Made by a program: the position numbers and the translations under genes. A stretch of DNA of 64,000 nt, from contig CABYHL010000001.1 in the NCBI GenBank assembly GCA_902518895.1, positions 10,423 to 74,422 on the forward strand, given 5' to 3'. Positions within the stretch are counted from its first letter, which is position 1. Each line of letters opens with the position of its first letter. Positions 35,402-43,732 of this stretch are shown piece after piece. The notes under the pieces were generated by a model. The model searched no databases, was not told where the DNA came from, and worked only from the letters and a program-made list of their open reading frames with translations. This DNA comes from an uncultured Alphaproteobacteria bacterium (GTDB lineage: Bacteria > Pseudomonadota > Alphaproteobacteria > HIMB59 > GCA-002718135).

Positions 35402-36364
35402 TTGATTACACTTCAGCAAATACAAGATGCGCATAAGAAAATTTTACCTTATGTTAATTATACACCATTAATTAATTCTAATTTCTTATCAAAAAATACT
35501 ACAGTAAAACTAAAGTTAGAAAATTTTCAAATCACTGGTTCATTTAAGTTAAGAGGTGCTGTTAATAAACTTCTTTCTTTAAGTGAAGATGACAAAAGCA
35601 AAGGAGTGATCGCAGTCTCTACAGGCAATCATGGCAAAGGCGTTGCTTATGCTTCAAAAGTATTGGGCATTCAATCAACAATATACATGTCTTCAATGGT
35701 TCCAGAATATAGAAAAGAGGCTATTGAAAAATTAGGAGCTAAAGTAGAAATTATTGGAAAGAATAGTGATGAAGCTGATTTGCATGCTAAACAAATTGCG
35801 AAAGAAAAAAATATCCCATTAATTCATCCTTTTGATGATGAAGATATTATAATAGGTCAAGGTACAGTTGGACTTGAAATGCTTAATGAATTTCCCGAAG
35901 TTGATACAGTAATTATACCAACATCTGGTGGCGGTCTTATATCTGGAATAGCACAAGCTATTAAACTTCAAAAACCTAATACAAAAATTATTGCCGTATC
36001 TATGGAAAGAGGCCCTTCAATGTATGAAAGTCTAAAAGAAGGTAAGCCTGTTGATGTAGAGGAAATTGAAACTTTAGCTGATTGTTTAGGGGGTAGTATT
36101 GGTTTAGATAATAAATTTACATTTAATATTGTACAACAATACGTTGATGACTTTGTTTTAGTAAGTGAAGAAAAAATAGCTGAGGGAATTAGAATAAATT
36201 TTTTAGAACATAAAATTGTATCTGAAGGTGCTGCAGCAACAAGTGTAATGGTTGTTAAAGAAAAATTAACATCGCACTTAGGAAAAAATATAATTTGTTT
36301 AATTTGTGGTGGAAATATTGACTCGGAACTATTTAACAAAGTTTTAAGCCATGCTCATCCTTAA
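35402..36364 (+). CDS. eutB: EutB-like PLP-dependent dehydratase (Thr dehydratase family; TTG start)
   Basis: TGSFKLRGA, STGNHG, HPFDD, SGGGL, LAD.LGG.IGLDN (EutB-type signature). Confidence 0.85.
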   Translation: MITLQQIQDAHKKILPYVNYTPLINSNFLSKNTTVKLKLENFQITGSFKLRGAVNKLLSLSEDDKSKGVIAVSTGNHGKGVAYASKVLGIQSTIYMSSMVPEYRKEAIEKLGAKVEIIGKNSDEADLHAKQIAKEKNIPLIHPFDDEDIIIGQGTVGLEMLNEFPEVDTVIIPTSGGGLISGIAQAIKLQKPNTKIIAVSMERGPSMYESLKEGKPVDVEEIETLADCLGGSIGLDNKFTFNIVQQYVDDFVLVSEEKIAEGIRINFLEHKIVSEGAAATSVMVVKEKLTSHLGKNIICLICGGNIDSELFNKVLSHAHP

Positions 36365-37325
36365 TAAAAATGATATTATTCAACATGTAGATTTGAATAA
36401 AAATCTCATACCAATAATAGAGGAAGCATTTAAAAGTCTATCAAAGGGTTTGGTAATGATGCCACCTATAATGAGAATTGATATTGAAAAATATCATGGT
36501 GAATCAGATGTTAAAGCTGCATACGTTGAAGGTCTTGATAGTTTTGCAATAAAAATTGCCTCAGGTTTTTTTGATAATCCAAAACTTGGTTTGCCATCTA
36601 GTAATGGACTGATGGTTTTATTGGATTCCAAGACTGGAGTTGTAAAATCTGTTTTATTAGATGAGGGTTATCTTACAGATACTAGAACAGCTATAGCAGG
36701 AGCAATAGCTACAAAATATTTATCAAATCAAAATGCTAATTCTGTTGGTATTATTGGGGCTGGAATTCAATCCAAATTACAACTTCAAGCAATAATGTTA
36801 GTTAGAAAAATAAACAAAATTATAGTCTGGGCAAGAGATGAGACAAAAGCGAACCAATTCTTAGAAAGTTTCAAAAATTTAGATATAGATTTGTATATAG
36901 CTTCTTCTTGCAAAGAATTGGCAAGCTTATCAGAAATAATTGTTACAACGACTCCTAGTAAAAAACCACTTTTGGAATTTGATTGGATAAATAAAGGAAC
37001 TCACATAACAGCAATGGGATCAGATGCTGAACAAAAAAATGAATTAGATCCTCATATGTTAAAATATTGTGATCAATATGTGCCTGACAATCAATTACAA
37101 ACAAGTGTTTTGGGTGAATTACATCATGCCTTAAAACAGAATATAATTTCTTCCAAAGAAAAATTTAATGAACTTGGCGATATTATTAGTGATCCAAGCT
37201 TAGGAAGAAAAAATAATGAAGATATAACTATATGTGATTTGACAGGAACTGGCGTACAAGATACTGCAATAGCAAGGTTTGCCTATAATCATTGTAAAAC
37301 AAATAATTTAGGCATCAATATTTAA
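36351..37325 (+). CDS. eutC: EutC-like ornithine cyclodeaminase/mu-crystallin family protein
   Basis: GE.DVK.AYV.GLD.FAIK..GFFDNPKLGLPS.NGLM, YLTD.RTA, AMGSD.E.KNE, DLTGTGVQDTAIA. Confidence 0.88.
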   Translation: MLILNKNDIIQHVDLNKNLIPIIEEAFKSLSKGLVMMPPIMRIDIEKYHGESDVKAAYVEGLDSFAIKIASGFFDNPKLGLPSSNGLMVLLDSKTGVVKSVLLDEGYLTDTRTAIAGAIATKYLSNQNANSVGIIGAGIQSKLQLQAIMLVRKINKIIVWARDETKANQFLESFKNLDIDLYIASSCKELASLSEIIVTTTPSKKPLLEFDWINKGTHITAMGSDAEQKNELDPHMLKYCDQYVPDNQLQTSVLGELHHALKQNIISSKEKFNELGDIISDPSLGRKNNEDITICDLTGTGVQDTAIARFAYNHCKTNNLGINI

Positions 37326-37328
37326 TTT

Positions 37329-38771
37329 ATGAGTCAAGCAATAATAAAAAAAACATCTGATTACTTCAAATCAAAAGGAGTTGTCTTACCTAGTATAAGT
37401 GAACTTCAAGATCCTCAAATTATTAATGATGATATTAAAAATTCTCTAAAAAAAATAAATAATAATGATATCAATCCACTTAACCTTTTTAGAGTTCATT
37501 GGTTTAATAAAAGAGATCAATCAGGTTTTGGAAATGAGCCTGAATATATTGTTCTTCCAACAGAATTTACAGGTGTTAAGGCAAAGATAATTGTAAATAT
37601 GGGACGATATTTTCCCTTAATAACAGCTCATAAAGTTTTGGCAGCTTATGGTTGTTTGCTTCCAAGAATATTGAATGGCACTTTTGATTATGAAAAACAT
37701 AAAGCAGTTTGGCCTTCAACAGGAAATTATTGCAGGGGCGGAGTGGCAATATCTCGGATTATGGGTCTTAATAGTATTGCAATACTTCCTGAAGGAATGA
37801 GTAATGAGAGGTTTGAATGGTTGAATAATTGGGTTGAAGATAAAAAAAATATTATAAAGACAAAAGGCACAGAAAGTAATGTTAAAGAAATCTATGATGC
37901 TTGTAATGAATTAAAAAAAGATAATCAAAATGATATCATAAATCAATTTGATGAGTATTATAATTATGGTATTCATCGTTCTGTAACCGGTCCATCGTTT
38001 GAAAAATCATTTCTTAAAGTTAAAGGTAACAGTAATTTAACTCCTAGGTTTTACGTAAGTGCTTCAGGATCAAGCGGTACTCTAGCAGCAGGAGATTATC
38101 TTAAAGATAAATTACAGACGAAGATTGCAGTTGTTGAGGCTTTGGAGTGTCCAACATTGCTTCATGGAGGTTATGGAGAACATAATATACAAGGTATTGG
38201 TGACAAACATGTTCCCCTTATTCATAATGTAATGAATACAGATTTTGTCGTAGATGTTTCTGATCAAGCTACCAATAATCTAAATATGATTTTTAATACT
38301 GAAATAGGAAAAAAGTTTTTAATTGAGAAAAAAAATTTTGAGCCTGATTTTGTTTCTCGACTTCCCGAATTTGGCTTTTCAGCAATAGCAAATATATTGG
38401 CATCAATAAAATTAGCTAAATATATGGATTTAAATAGTGATGATGCAATTATAACGGTTGCTACAGATGGTGCAGATTTATATATGTCAGAATTAAATAA
38501 GACCATTGCAGATTTTAAAAATAATTATGATGAAATAGTTTGTGCTGAACTATTTGGAAAACACTTATCAGGAATATCTACTGATAATATGCTAGAACTT
38601 TCTTACATGGACAAGAAAAGAATATTTAATTTAGGGTACTTTACTTGGGTAGAGCAACAAGGTGTAAGTCTTGAAGAATTTGAAAAAAGAAAAGATCAAA
38701 AATTTTGGAATTCACATTATGAATATATGCTTTCTCTAGACAATAAGATTAAAGAATTTAATAATATATAG
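37329..38771 (+). CDS. Uncharacterised PLP-dependent enzyme, fold type II (cysteine synthase/Trp synthase beta superfamily)
   Basis: AHKV (PLP Lys), WPSTGNY, GSSGT phosphate loop, HNIQGIGDKHVP, ATDG; 480 aa with terminal extensions. Confidence 0.75.
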   Translation: MSQAIIKKTSDYFKSKGVVLPSISELQDPQIINDDIKNSLKKINNNDINPLNLFRVHWFNKRDQSGFGNEPEYIVLPTEFTGVKAKIIVNMGRYFPLITAHKVLAAYGCLLPRILNGTFDYEKHKAVWPSTGNYCRGGVAISRIMGLNSIAILPEGMSNERFEWLNNWVEDKKNIIKTKGTESNVKEIYDACNELKKDNQNDIINQFDEYYNYGIHRSVTGPSFEKSFLKVKGNSNLTPRFYVSASGSSGTLAAGDYLKDKLQTKIAVVEALECPTLLHGGYGEHNIQGIGDKHVPLIHNVMNTDFVVDVSDQATNNLNMIFNTEIGKKFLIEKKNFEPDFVSRLPEFGFSAIANILASIKLAKYMDLNSDDAIITVATDGADLYMSELNKTIADFKNNYDEIVCAELFGKHLSGISTDNMLELSYMDKKRIFNLGYFTWVEQQGVSLEEFEKRKDQKFWNSHYEYMLSLDNKIKEFNNI

Positions 38772-38774
38772 GTT

Positions 38775-39929
38775 ATGAAAACTCAGTCATTACATAACCA
38801 ATTAGTAGAATGGCGTCATGATCTTCATATGCACCCACAATTAAGTTTTGAAGAAGAGTATGCTGCAGCAAAAGTGTCAACACTTCTAAAAGAGTTTGGA
38901 ATAGAAGTTCATTCTGGTATTGCCAGAACTGGAGTAGTTGGAATTTTAAAAAAAGGAAATAGTTCAAAATCAATAGGTATAAGAGCTGACATGGATGCTC
39001 TTCCTATACATGAAACTAATAAGTTTAGTTATAAGTCCAAGTTTGATAACAGAATGCATGCATGTGGACATGACGGTCACACAACAATGTTATTAGGTGC
39101 AGCAAAATATTTATCAGAAAAAGGTAACTTTAACGGTACGGTATATTTTATTTTTCAACCTGATGAAGAGAATACATTCGGTGCAAGAACAATGATAGAT
39201 GAAGGATTGTTTGATAAATTTAACATTGATGAAGTTTACGCTATGCACAATATTCCTAACATGGAAATTGGAACATTTGGTACAAGAAATGGAGCTATTA
39301 CAGCCAGCGAAAATTTATTTGAAATTGAAATAAAAACTAAAGGTGGGCACGCCGCATTACCTCATATGGGGGTAGATGCAATAACTGTTGGTTCTCAAAT
39401 AGCTGTAGCACTTCAATCGATAGTGTCTAGGAAATTAAATCCAGCAGACAATGGTATAGTGTCTATTACCGAATTTATAACTGATGGTAAAAAAAATGTT
39501 CTGCCAGGTATGGTAAAAATGACTGGTGACGCGAGAGCTTTATCAAAAGAAACAAATGAAAAAATTGCTTCAAAAATGTTACAAATAGTCGAAGGGATTT
39601 GCAATGCACATGGTGTTAATGGTAGTGTTAAATATGAAACAGCCTGTCCTGTAACTTTTAATTCAAAAAATCAAACTGAGTCTGCAACAAAAGCTGCAGT
39701 TTCTTTACTTGGTAGTGATAAATGTAATGGTAATATAGAACCACGTTTATTCTCAGAAGATTTTTCTGTTATGGCAAATGAAAAACCTGGCTGCTTTGTT
39801 TTAATGGGTAATGGAACATCAGAGCAGCATTCCAGACCTTTACATGCTGATAATTATGATTTTAATGACGAATTATTAGTCATAGGTTCTTCATATTGGA
39901 CTGAATTGGTAGAACAACAATTAAAATAA
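38775..39929 (+). CDS. M20D/Acy1-like amidohydrolase (hippurate hydrolase-like)
   Basis: WRHDLH.HP, RADMDAL, MHACGHDGH, FQPDEE, GGHAA.PH, SEDF. Confidence 0.9.
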   Translation: MKTQSLHNQLVEWRHDLHMHPQLSFEEEYAAAKVSTLLKEFGIEVHSGIARTGVVGILKKGNSSKSIGIRADMDALPIHETNKFSYKSKFDNRMHACGHDGHTTMLLGAAKYLSEKGNFNGTVYFIFQPDEENTFGARTMIDEGLFDKFNIDEVYAMHNIPNMEIGTFGTRNGAITASENLFEIEIKTKGGHAALPHMGVDAITVGSQIAVALQSIVSRKLNPADNGIVSITEFITDGKKNVLPGMVKMTGDARALSKETNEKIASKMLQIVEGICNAHGVNGSVKYETACPVTFNSKNQTESATKAAVSLLGSDKCNGNIEPRLFSEDFSVMANEKPGCFVLMGNGTSEQHSRPLHADNYDFNDELLVIGSSYWTELVEQQLK

Positions 39930-41087
39930 ATGTTTTCTGAAAACTTAAATAAACTAAAGAAAAAAATGTCTGAGAACAATATTGATCTCTCAATTATAAC
40001 TGATGATGACTCGATATATTATTTCACAGGATACCATGACTTCCTTCATATGGATTTTTATCGACCAACATTATTAGTTGTTTCAAATGATCATAAAACT
40101 TATTTAATAACACCTCTTCTTGATGTTTTATTAGTACCAGAATCTTGTCCTGTAGATATGGTTGAAACATGGAATGATGGTATTGGAAATGAATGGAGAG
40201 AATTATTACCTCAAATCATCAATCAGCATAAAAATATTTTTATTGAAAAATTTAAAATTAACCCAATGGTTAAGAGTTATTTAGACGAATTACTTCAAGA
40301 CCATCCCGGGGATTTAACCAAATTAATAGATAATATAAGAATGATTAAATCTAATCATGAATTGAATATAGCTCGTCATGCCGGCGAAGTTGGTATGGCT
40401 ATGATGGAGGCAGCAAAAAAAACAATTGGCCATAATGTTCCTGAGTATGAGGTTGCACTTGCACAATCACAAGCTGGAACAAGAAAAGCTGCAGATCTTT
40501 TAAAAGAATTTTATCCTGATAATATCAATATGTCTCCAAATATTCACTTTTTACCTGTTATGACATCGGGTCATGATTTACCTAAAACTCACCATCGTGC
40601 TTCAACCAAAATTATAAAAAAAGGTGATCCCGTATTCGTATGTTATTGTGGTTCTACAAATTTCCATAGGTTTAAATTAGGTTTTGACAGAATATTTTGG
40701 GTAGAAGAAATTCAATCCGATGAACAAATAAAAGCTTTTGAGACTGCAGTTAAATCTCAAAAAGCTGCTCTTGAAATTCTTGGCCCTGGAGTAACAGCTG
40801 AAGAGGTTCATGCTGCTTATGCAGATACTATACAGTCTGAGGGATACCCTTATCCTACATTTCGATGTGGAAGAGGTACAGGCTTTAGCTTTTTAGAGGA
40901 ACCACAATTAGTAGTTGGTAATAAAACAGTACTGGAGCCTGGAATGGTATTTGCCGTTGATGGCGGGGCAAGTGCAAATAATTTTAGATCACAAGTTGGT
41001 GATAGTTTTATTATAACAAAAGATGGATACGAACAAATTACACATCATTCTAAAAATATTGATGACCTAATAATTCCACATGGATGA
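39930..41087 (+). CDS. M24-fold (creatinase/prolidase) hydrolase lacking canonical metal ligands
   Basis: Creatinase-N-like domain (YYFTGY), R.IKS..EL, L.PG.T; CGRGTG replaces GHGxG; FAVDGG and VGDS replace the EP and IED motifs. Confidence 0.8.
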   Translation: MFSENLNKLKKKMSENNIDLSIITDDDSIYYFTGYHDFLHMDFYRPTLLVVSNDHKTYLITPLLDVLLVPESCPVDMVETWNDGIGNEWRELLPQIINQHKNIFIEKFKINPMVKSYLDELLQDHPGDLTKLIDNIRMIKSNHELNIARHAGEVGMAMMEAAKKTIGHNVPEYEVALAQSQAGTRKAADLLKEFYPDNINMSPNIHFLPVMTSGHDLPKTHHRASTKIIKKGDPVFVCYCGSTNFHRFKLGFDRIFWVEEIQSDEQIKAFETAVKSQKAALEILGPGVTAEEVHAAYADTIQSEGYPYPTFRCGRGTGFSFLEEPQLVVGNKTVLEPGMVFAVDGGASANNFRSQVGDSFIITKDGYEQITHHSKNIDDLIIPHG

Positions 41088-42105
41088 AATCACAGTATTT
41101 AACACACATTGCTGTGGTGAAATTGGGGATGTCGTAACTGGAATTAAAGGCTTGAAGTTTAATTCACCTGAGGAAGCTTCTAAAAAACTTTTTTTAGATA
41201 AAAAATGGAGAAATTTTTTTTTAAATGAACCTCGGGGAGGGGTCTTTAAACATTGTAATATTATTTTAGAACCTTCAAATAAAAATGCAGATGCTGGATT
41301 TGTAATCATGGAACCAGAAGATAATCCTCCAATGAGCGGATCAAATGCAATTTGTGTAACGACAGTCTTATTAGAAAAAAATGTTATTCAAATGAAATAT
41401 CCTAAAACCATGCTTACACTTGAAGCTCCCGGTGGTTTAATAAAAGTTGTTGCTGATTGTGAAAATAAGAAAGTTAAAAGTGTCACTTTAACTAATCTTG
41501 CCTGCTTTGCAGATAAAATAGATGTAGATTTAAAGACTAAAAATTATGGTACAATTAAAGTAAGTACTGCTTTTGGTGGTGACAGTTTTTTAATTTGTAA
41601 TGCTAGCGATTTTAATCTTAAAATTGAACCAAAGAATGCAAATAAATTTGTAAATGTTGCTAAAGAATTATTGAAAGAAGCAAACGCATCTATAGGATTT
41701 GAACATCCTACTATTAAAGGATTAAACTATCTTTCTTTTTGCCAATTTATTGAACCCTTAAAAAAAAATAATCAATCATTACTTACAGGATTAAATACAG
41801 TTGTTATACGACCTGGAAAACTTGATCGTTCACCCTGTGGTACAGGCACTTCAGCAAGATTAGCAGTAATGAAAGAAAAAAATGAAATACAAATAAATGA
41901 AGAATTTATATCAAAGTCTATTATAGGATCTTCATTTAAAGCAAGTATTCAAAAGGAAATTAAAATTAATAACAAAAATTGTATTATTCCAAAAATAACA
42001 GGTAGTGCATTTATTACTGGAAAACAAAGTTTATATATCGATAAGGATGATCCTTTTCCAGAAGGTTATAGATTAAATGACACATGGCCAGATTCATCAA
42101 GTTAA
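41080..42105 (+). CDS. Proline racemase/hydroxyproline epimerase-dehydratase family protein (Ser/Cys dyad)
   Basis: H..GE, EPRGG, PPMSGSN, DRSPCGTGTSAR, DPFPEGY. Confidence 0.9.
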   Translation: MDEITVFNTHCCGEIGDVVTGIKGLKFNSPEEASKKLFLDKKWRNFFLNEPRGGVFKHCNIILEPSNKNADAGFVIMEPEDNPPMSGSNAICVTTVLLEKNVIQMKYPKTMLTLEAPGGLIKVVADCENKKVKSVTLTNLACFADKIDVDLKTKNYGTIKVSTAFGGDSFLICNASDFNLKIEPKNANKFVNVAKELLKEANASIGFEHPTIKGLNYLSFCQFIEPLKKNNQSLLTGLNTVVIRPGKLDRSPCGTGTSARLAVMKEKNEIQINEEFISKSIIGSSFKASIQKEIKINNKNCIIPKITGSAFITGKQSLYIDKDDPFPEGYRLNDTWPDSSS

Positions 42106-42181
42106 CTGTGATTAAATAACACTGGCATGGCAAGTTAATTTATTTTACTTTCATCAACTATTCTAATAATTAATAAAACAA

Positions 42182-43447
42182 ATGACAAAATTTAATGCCT
42201 GGAATGTAATTAAAAACGGTTTAAATGGTCAGTCTTATTGGACTAGACAATGGCGTGATCCAGAACCAAAAAGTAGTTATGATGTTGTAATAATTGGGGG
42301 AGGTTTACACGGTCTTGCCACGGCATATTATTTAGCAAAGAATCATAATATAAAGAATGTAGCTGTCTTAGAAAAAGGCTGGATTGGTGGAGGAAACGCT
42401 GGACGTAATACAACTATTGTAAGATCAAATTATATGATGCCAGGCAACCACGAATTTTATGAACATTCTTTAAAGTTATGGGAAAATTTAAGTCACGAAT
42501 TAAATTATAATGTAATGTTTAGCCAACGAGCTCATGTCTCGTTATTTCATAGCCCTGGTGCTAAAGATTCAGTTTCACGGATTTATAATATTATGCGACT
42601 CCATGGAACTGATGCAGAACTTTGGGATTTAAAAACTTTAAAGAAAAAAATTCCGCATTTAAATTATCATAATTCTAGATTTCCAATACTTGGAGCTGCA
42701 GTTCAAAAAAGAGCAGGTAATGCAAGACACGATGCAGTTGCATGGGGTTATGCAAGGGCTGCAGATACATTAGGTGTAGACATTCTTCAAAATTGTGAAG
42801 TTACAGGTTTTACAAGAAAGAATGGAAATATTGAAAGTATTCAAACTTCAAGAGGAATTATAAAAGGAAAGAAAATAGGATTTGCTGTTGCAGGCAATAC
42901 TTCAGTATTATGGCAAATGGTAGAATTAGGCAACCTGCCAATTGAATCCCATAAACTACAAGCATTTGTATCTGAGGCTGTTAAACCACTTCTAGACCAA
43001 GTTGTTGTTTATGGTGTGGGTGGTGCGCATTTCTATATATCGCAGTCAGATAAAGGGAGCATGGTGTTTGGTGGTGATCTTGACTGGTATAAATCATATG
43101 CTCAAAGAGGAAATCTTCCTATGGTTCAAGATGTTGCCGAAGCGGCCATGGCGATATTTCCTTCACTTGGAAGAATAAGATTACTTCGTCATTGGGCAGG
43201 TGTTATGGACATGACAATGGACGGATCATTTTTTATTTGTAAAACGCCAATATCTAATCTCTATTTAAATGCTGGTTGGAACTATGGTGGTTTCAAAGCT
43301 AGTCCTGCATCAGGTTGGTATTTTGCTGACTTAATTGCAAATGAAAGCCCGCATAACTACGTGCAAAATCATAATTTAGAAAGATTTGAAAAAGGTATCA
43401 ATATTGATGAACGTGGCGCAGGACCTGATCCAAAATTGCACGGTTAA
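42182..43447 (+). CDS. soxB: Heterotetrameric sarcosine oxidase-type subunit beta
   Basis: GGGLHGLATAYYLA, GGN.GRNTTIVRSNY, ARHDAVAWGYA. Confidence 0.92.
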   Translation: MTKFNAWNVIKNGLNGQSYWTRQWRDPEPKSSYDVVIIGGGLHGLATAYYLAKNHNIKNVAVLEKGWIGGGNAGRNTTIVRSNYMMPGNHEFYEHSLKLWENLSHELNYNVMFSQRAHVSLFHSPGAKDSVSRIYNIMRLHGTDAELWDLKTLKKKIPHLNYHNSRFPILGAAVQKRAGNARHDAVAWGYARAADTLGVDILQNCEVTGFTRKNGNIESIQTSRGIIKGKKIGFAVAGNTSVLWQMVELGNLPIESHKLQAFVSEAVKPLLDQVVVYGVGGAHFYISQSDKGSMVFGGDLDWYKSYAQRGNLPMVQDVAEAAMAIFPSLGRIRLLRHWAGVMDMTMDGSFFICKTPISNLYLNAGWNYGGFKASPASGWYFADLIANESPHNYVQNHNLERFEKGINIDERGAGPDPKLHG

Positions 43448-43732
43448 ATGATTAGAATCAATTGTCCTTATTGTGGTGAAAGAGATCATAGTGAATTTAG
43501 TTACGGAGGAGATGCAACAATCAATTATCCTTCGTTAGATGCATCAGAGAAAGATTGGACTGAAGCTATATTTTTCAGAAAAAATATAAAAGGTTTTCAA
43601 TTTGAAACATGGCATCATTCTAATGGATGCAGAATGTGGTTGGTAGTTGAACGTTCTACTGTCACTCATGAAATAAAAAGTGTCAAACCATGCCATCCAG
43701 ATTTACAGAAGGTTGTAGAAAATAATAAATGA
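43448..43732 (+). CDS. soxD: Sarcosine oxidase-type subunit delta
   Basis: CPYCG.R..EF, W.H..GC..W Zn ligands. Confidence 0.92.
   Translation: MIRINCPYCGERDHSEFSYGGDATINYPSLDASEKDWTEAIFFRKNIKGFQFETWHHSNGCRMWLVVERSTVTHEIKSVKPCHPDLQKVVENNK

Noticed and set aside
39930-41087. Calling this gene eutD/doeA or creatinase outright
   Set aside because: It lacks the DoeA-typical TGYDGWSFY and creatinase GHSFG-type motifs as I recall them; only the fold is supported
33531-42105. Toxin or antibiotic biosynthetic cluster (cylindrospermopsin, saxitoxin or streptomycin type) suggested by the amidinotransferase
   Set aside because: No PKS/NRPS, ATP-grasp, methyltransferase or sugar-pathway genes; the neighbours are hydrolases, lyases and dehydrogenases
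42106-42181. Sigma54 promoter (CTGGCATG...) or glycine riboswitch upstream of soxB
   Set aside because: The -12 GC is missing at the required spacing (TA instead), and the 76-bp AT-rich gap lacks glycine-aptamer motifs
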